In this document: positions 60,361 to 64,000 of the stretch, in pieces
Layout of the letters: each line of letters begins with the position of its first letter
Position numbering within the stretch: the stretch's first letter is position 1
Assembly (NCBI GenBank): GCA_965178125.1
Contig: OZ237764.1
Location: 310,001 to 374,000, forward strand
Length of the DNA stretch: 64,000 nt
Reading direction: 5' to 3'
DNA from: Bilabrum cf. latius
Lineage: Eukaryota
The notes under the pieces: generated by a model
What the model saw: the letters and a program-made list of their open reading frames with translations, nothing else
What the model was told of the DNA's origin: nothing
Databases searched by the model: none
Made by a program: the position numbers and the translations under genes

Positions 60361-62328
60361 TCAAACCTTGATCGTGACATCGGCCCCCTGCTGCCAGTCG
60401 TACATGGACACCGTCGCAGATCCCTTCTTGCCACCTCCCGAGGCGTCCTCTACCGTCACCTCGTAGTCGCCCAGGAACCCACGGACCTGAACCGTCCCGT
60501 CCTCGCTCGTCACACCGGTCGCGTTTGTCCACCACTGGTTGAACACGAGGTCCCGCCAGCGGTAGTACCCGGGCTTGGGCACGTAGACATCTGGCTCCGG
60601 GTTGGAGAACAGCGGCCCGCTGTGCCTCCAGTGGAACTGGTCCGCGAATCCCCACATCAGGAAAGACTCCACCCCCGGCACGGAGAAAGCCGCCGTGAGG
60701 TAGTCAGCCAGATGGTCCCCGTACAGCTCCAGGTCCGTCTGCACCACGTCGTATTCAGTGACCCTCAGGGGAATGCCCCCCCACCCGGGGGCACCCTCTC
60801 CGGGGGCCAGCGACTGCATGCATCGCAGCACTGCCTCCATCGCCGGCATGCCCCACTCGAAGTGGCTCTCCAGCCCGAAGAACGTCATGGCTTCATTAGG
60901 CCCGCCCCCCTGGGCCTTGATGGCCGCCTGGATGGCAGGCAGCTTCTCCTGGTAGAATGGGAGCCTACCCGCCCCGAACACGCTCGAGCACACGTCGTCG
61001 TCGTTTAGGCCCGTCCCCGCCTTGGGGTCACCCTGCGCCGCCAGACGCATCCAGTGGGCCACGGTCCCGACCGGGTCACCAGACTTGTCCTGAATCAGAT
61101 TGTTCGAGTAGATCTCATTCGCGACGTCCCATTCTAGGGACTGGCCGCCGAACTGGGCGAGGCGGGCACGCGTCCCGCTCGTCTCGTTGATGACGTGCTC
61201 GTTCGCCCGAGCAAGTGCTTCGGCGGACTTGTTGGCGTTCACGAGAGCGCATACGTCCTTGGGGAGCCAGCGGCAGCTGTCCCAGACTAAAGAATGGGTC
61301 CTGATCACGTGCCGTGACTTGTTGGCGTTTAGATGCAGGTTGTTGTGCATCCATTCGAACACTTCAAAGGTCTGGTTCTCCACCTTGGAGTCCGGGCCTT
61401 CCTCCCAGCCCCACCAGTCGAACCCCGATTCCATCACGGCGGCATTGAAGTTGTCTTTGAAGATCCGAAAGTACTCGTTCGTCGTGTTGCCGTAGTGGTC
61501 GAGAATCCCGGTGCTCATGAAGCAGCCAAACCGGAAGTAGTGCCCTTGCATGTCGGCGGAGACCCTGGCCCCCTGCACGGGCTGGCCGGTGCTCTGGTCC
61601 ACAACGCGCACCGTCAGGTCGCCCTTCCGATACTTTTCGATGCGCTCTGCGGCTGCGCTGCGCCAGGGCGCGTCTTTGGCCCTGCCGCCGTACGTAAAAC
61701 CGGAAGAAGGGAGGTCGAAAGGGGTGGGCGTGCCTTGCCCCTGCCCGTAGTTGCGGACCTGCAGCCCGCTCACAGCGATCACCTGGCCTTCGAACGGCAC
61801 GCCAACGTTGGTGTTGTACTGGCATGGAGTCGATTCAGAGCACTCGGTCTCGGCGGAAATCGCAAATCGGACCGGGGTCCAAGTCGCGTTGACCATCGGG
61901 ATGTCCATGGACTGGTAGCCCGCGTACGTGTTGGCCTGCTCCATGATGACCTGCGCGCCCGCGCCAAATGTCTCGTTGCTCTTAATCACCTTGACCTGCA
62001 CCTCAAACCCAATCGTGTCTCCCTTGGCAACCGGGGCGCTGGTTTGCACCGTAATGGTGGCTTTGTATATAAGTGGCGCTGGAGCTACGGTCGTTACCTC
62101 TAGCCCAGCCAAGCCGGAGCTGTTGTCCCATTGAAATGTAACGTACTCGGGTTCTCCGTAGTAGTGGGCGTACTTGTATCCGTCCTCTACGATTGTCTTG
62201 TACGGATAGCTGAGCCACGGATCCGGTGACGGTGTGCCGCCCAAAGTGCCAGACATGCAGGAGGCAGCAGCAAATACTGCAGGTAGAATATGCCACATGC
62301 ATTTCGAACGATAGTTTGAGCATATCAT
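60361..62328 (-). CDS. Secreted GH10 xylanase-like glycoside hydrolase with N-terminal CBM-like module (655 aa)
   Basis: Signal-like N-terminus, AAERIEKYRKGDLTVRVVD, HSLVW, acid/base WDVANE, nucleophile RVTEYD, FLMWGF and C-terminal VRGFLGDYEVTV. No TAG; ends TGA. The start may be ATG 62298. Confidence 0.85.
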   Translation of the reverse strand: MICSNYRSKCMWHILPAVFAAASCMSGTLGGTPSPDPWLSYPYKTIVEDGYKYAHYYGEPEYVTFQWDNSSGLAGLEVTTVAPAPLIYKATITVQTSAPVAKGDTIGFEVQVKVIKSNETFGAGAQVIMEQANTYAGYQSMDIPMVNATWTPVRFAISAETECSESTPCQYNTNVGVPFEGQVIAVSGLQVRNYGQGQGTPTPFDLPSSGFTYGGRAKDAPWRSAAAERIEKYRKGDLTVRVVDQSTGQPVQGARVSADMQGHYFRFGCFMSTGILDHYGNTTNEYFRIFKDNFNAAVMESGFDWWGWEEGPDSKVENQTFEVFEWMHNNLHLNANKSRHVIRTHSLVWDSCRWLPKDVCALVNANKSAEALARANEHVINETSGTRARLAQFGGQSLEWDVANEIYSNNLIQDKSGDPVGTVAHWMRLAAQGDPKAGTGLNDDDVCSSVFGAGRLPFYQEKLPAIQAAIKAQGGGPNEAMTFFGLESHFEWGMPAMEAVLRCMQSLAPGEGAPGWGGIPLRVTEYDVVQTDLELYGDHLADYLTAAFSVPGVESFLMWGFADQFHWRHSGPLFSNPEPDVYVPKPGYYRWRDLVFNQWWTNATGVTSEDGTVQVRGFLGDYEVTVEDASGGGKKGSATVSMYDWQQGADVTIKV

Positions 62329-62481
62329 GGCGGCACTTGTGTCTTCTGACCCGCCGCAGTTCTTGCAGGAATCGGTTCAGTTGCAGTTGGGCTCGTGCGC
62401 GGCTGCCCCGGGCCAACGGTTCCGCTGGCACCGCGTCGGTTGGACCGCGTCATTTCTCGTGCTATTCTAGAAATACTTCGA

Positions 62482-64000
62482 ATGCGTCAGTCCATTCTAT
62501 TCTGTCTTGCCCTGGTACCGGCACTATCTGCGTAGGCTCAAATGGGATTCTGGGTCGACCCGGAGGGCAGCGACGCCAACCCTGGCACCTAGTCTCAACC
62601 TTTCAAGACGCCGCAGCATGCTCAGCAGGCAGTTCGCAAGGCCATAGCATCTGGAATGTCTTCCAATATTACGGTGACGATGGCAGCAGGCCGCTACCTC
62701 CTGAACACTTCGCTGGCACTTGGCCCGGAAGACTCTGGAAGGGACGGGTACGTTGTGAGGTGGATCGGGGCTCAATCAGGACTGCCTTGGTGCCGCGTGC
62801 CGCCATCAACGCGTTTGAACAGCACTTTTACTGGTTTCCTGGCGACCGGATCCTCCCAGTGGGCAGCATCCTGCGACCAGCGGGACAAAACGAACGCGAC
62901 TGTTCTAAGCGTAGGTATCCCGGTCCAATCCTGGGAGCCGCCCGCGGCGGGGTCCAAGGCTTGGACCGGCAAGCTTCCATCGGGCAGTACCCCGCTGACC
63001 AGATTCCCGTCGGATCTTGCCGACTCGCTCGGTACTGTCCGCACACGGGCGCGCACCCCTGACCTTGGCCAGTTCTTCGTGTGGGCTGACACCGTGTGCA
63101 AGAACGTTCGCGAACCTCCGTGCACCCAGTTGGCCCGCCGCGGTTTCGTCTATGCCCCCGGGTAGGTCCCTGACTCCTTCTCCCAGCCCCAGCACACGCG
63201 GATGGTCCTGTACCACGGATGGACCGACAGCTCCCACTCAGTGAAATCTGTATTTCCGGGAAACCGCACGGTACTCCTGACGAACCCGGCCGATCGTCCC
63301 ATCGGCTACTGGCCCAACCACGATAGCGAAGGCGGTGGCAGGTATTTCTACGAATCGCTCGAGTCCCTGGACTCTGGAGGCGAATGGTACTTCGACTGGG
63401 AGGGGCAGCAGCCCCTATACATCCCCGAGGCCAAAGACGAGGACCCGAACGACATGGGGTTCGTGCTGAGCGGCAGCACTGAGGTCATTACGATGGAGGG
63501 GGCGCACGACATCGAGATTGACGGCATCTCTGCCAGACACGCCTCGTGGCACTGCGACTACGAGGGGCAGCAGGTGTGCGACAGGCAGAGCACAGCATGG
63601 CAGCACTACGCCGCCATCAACATCGGAGTGGGGTCCAGGCGGGTCGCCGTGCGGAACACTGAGGTGGCGGGCAGCGGGGGTCCGGGCGTCTGGGCCTCTG
63701 CCAACGTCAGCGGTGTGACGATTGAGGGGTGCAGCATCCACGACCTGGGTGGAGGTGGGATCCGGGTCGGCTTTGACAACGCTTTCCTGTCGGGCTATGA
63801 AAGGGCAGCGGCTCAGGATTCCCACACTTATGGCGAAGCTGCGAACAGCTACTCCCATGAGATCCAGGAGCTGCGGGCGCGTCTCCTTTCGGGCAACGTG
63901 TCAGCCGACTCGTACTGCCACGGCAAAGGCAGTGGGCTGGCTGCGTTGTCAGACTTCGACCGTCAGTCCGCCCTGGCCCTTGCTGCCGGGATGCCGCCAC
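62482..64000 (+). CDS. Secreted right-handed beta-helix glycosidase, GH141-like (partial, runs off the window)
   Basis: Signal peptide MRQSILFCLALVPALSA|*. Motifs VDPEGSDANPGT*SQPFKT...GRYLL...LGPEDSG, RARTP, RYFYESLESLDSGGEWYFD and beta-helix IHDLGGGGIRVG. TAGs at 62533, ~62590 and 63163. Confidence 0.78.

Noticed and set aside
811-64000. Mass pseudogenisation, C-to-T damage or sequencing error as the source of internal stops
   Set aside because: These would also create CAA->TAA and CGA->TGA stops and frameshifts. Only TAG occurs, frames stay intact over many kb, and catalytic motifs are preserved.
811-64000. TAG as pyrrolysine, or A-to-I editing to Trp
   Set aside because: TAGs sit in Gln-type and low-complexity contexts across unrelated eukaryotic genes, not at conserved Trp or catalytic sites. 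No pyl genes were seen.
811-64000. Ciliate-type code (TAA and TAG both Gln)
   Set aside because: About 100 internal TAGs versus zero internal TAAs even though CAA is used, and PUS10 appears to end at TAA. Not formally excluded from one window.

Overview
This is a GC-rich, gene-dense, intron-poor eukaryotic nuclear sequence. Gene style suggests a heterotrophic flagellated protist, possibly a bicosoecid-like stramenopile, but that is inference only. The main result is that the window uses a non-standard genetic code: TAG is a sense codon, most likely Gln, while TGA (16 of 17 complete genes) and apparently TAA (1 gene) stay stops. By manual count about 100 in-frame TAGs break 15 genes in the supplied ORF track, and I found no in-frame TAA or TGA inside any modelled exon. 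Reading TAG as Gln merges the fragments into about 19 coherent genes. These are a GIGYF-like GYF protein, a CFAP20-domain protein, a secreted bulb-type lectin, a ~1,900-aa PHD protein, an MSS51-C-like protein, a TMEM63/OSCA-like channel, a ~4,770-aa HECT E3, a calcineurin-B-like EF-hand protein, a GT61, a secreted bacterial-like putative glycosidase, a TPR protein, an atypical eIF4E, PUS10, an ankyrin-RBR E3, GH78, GH10 and GH141-like enzymes, and two hypotheticals. A repeat-rich patch at ~7.2-10.8 kb holds a ~500-bp duplicated gene end, a palindromic 47-bp minisatellite and poly-G tracts. Family calls come from recognising motifs by eye; no database searches were run.
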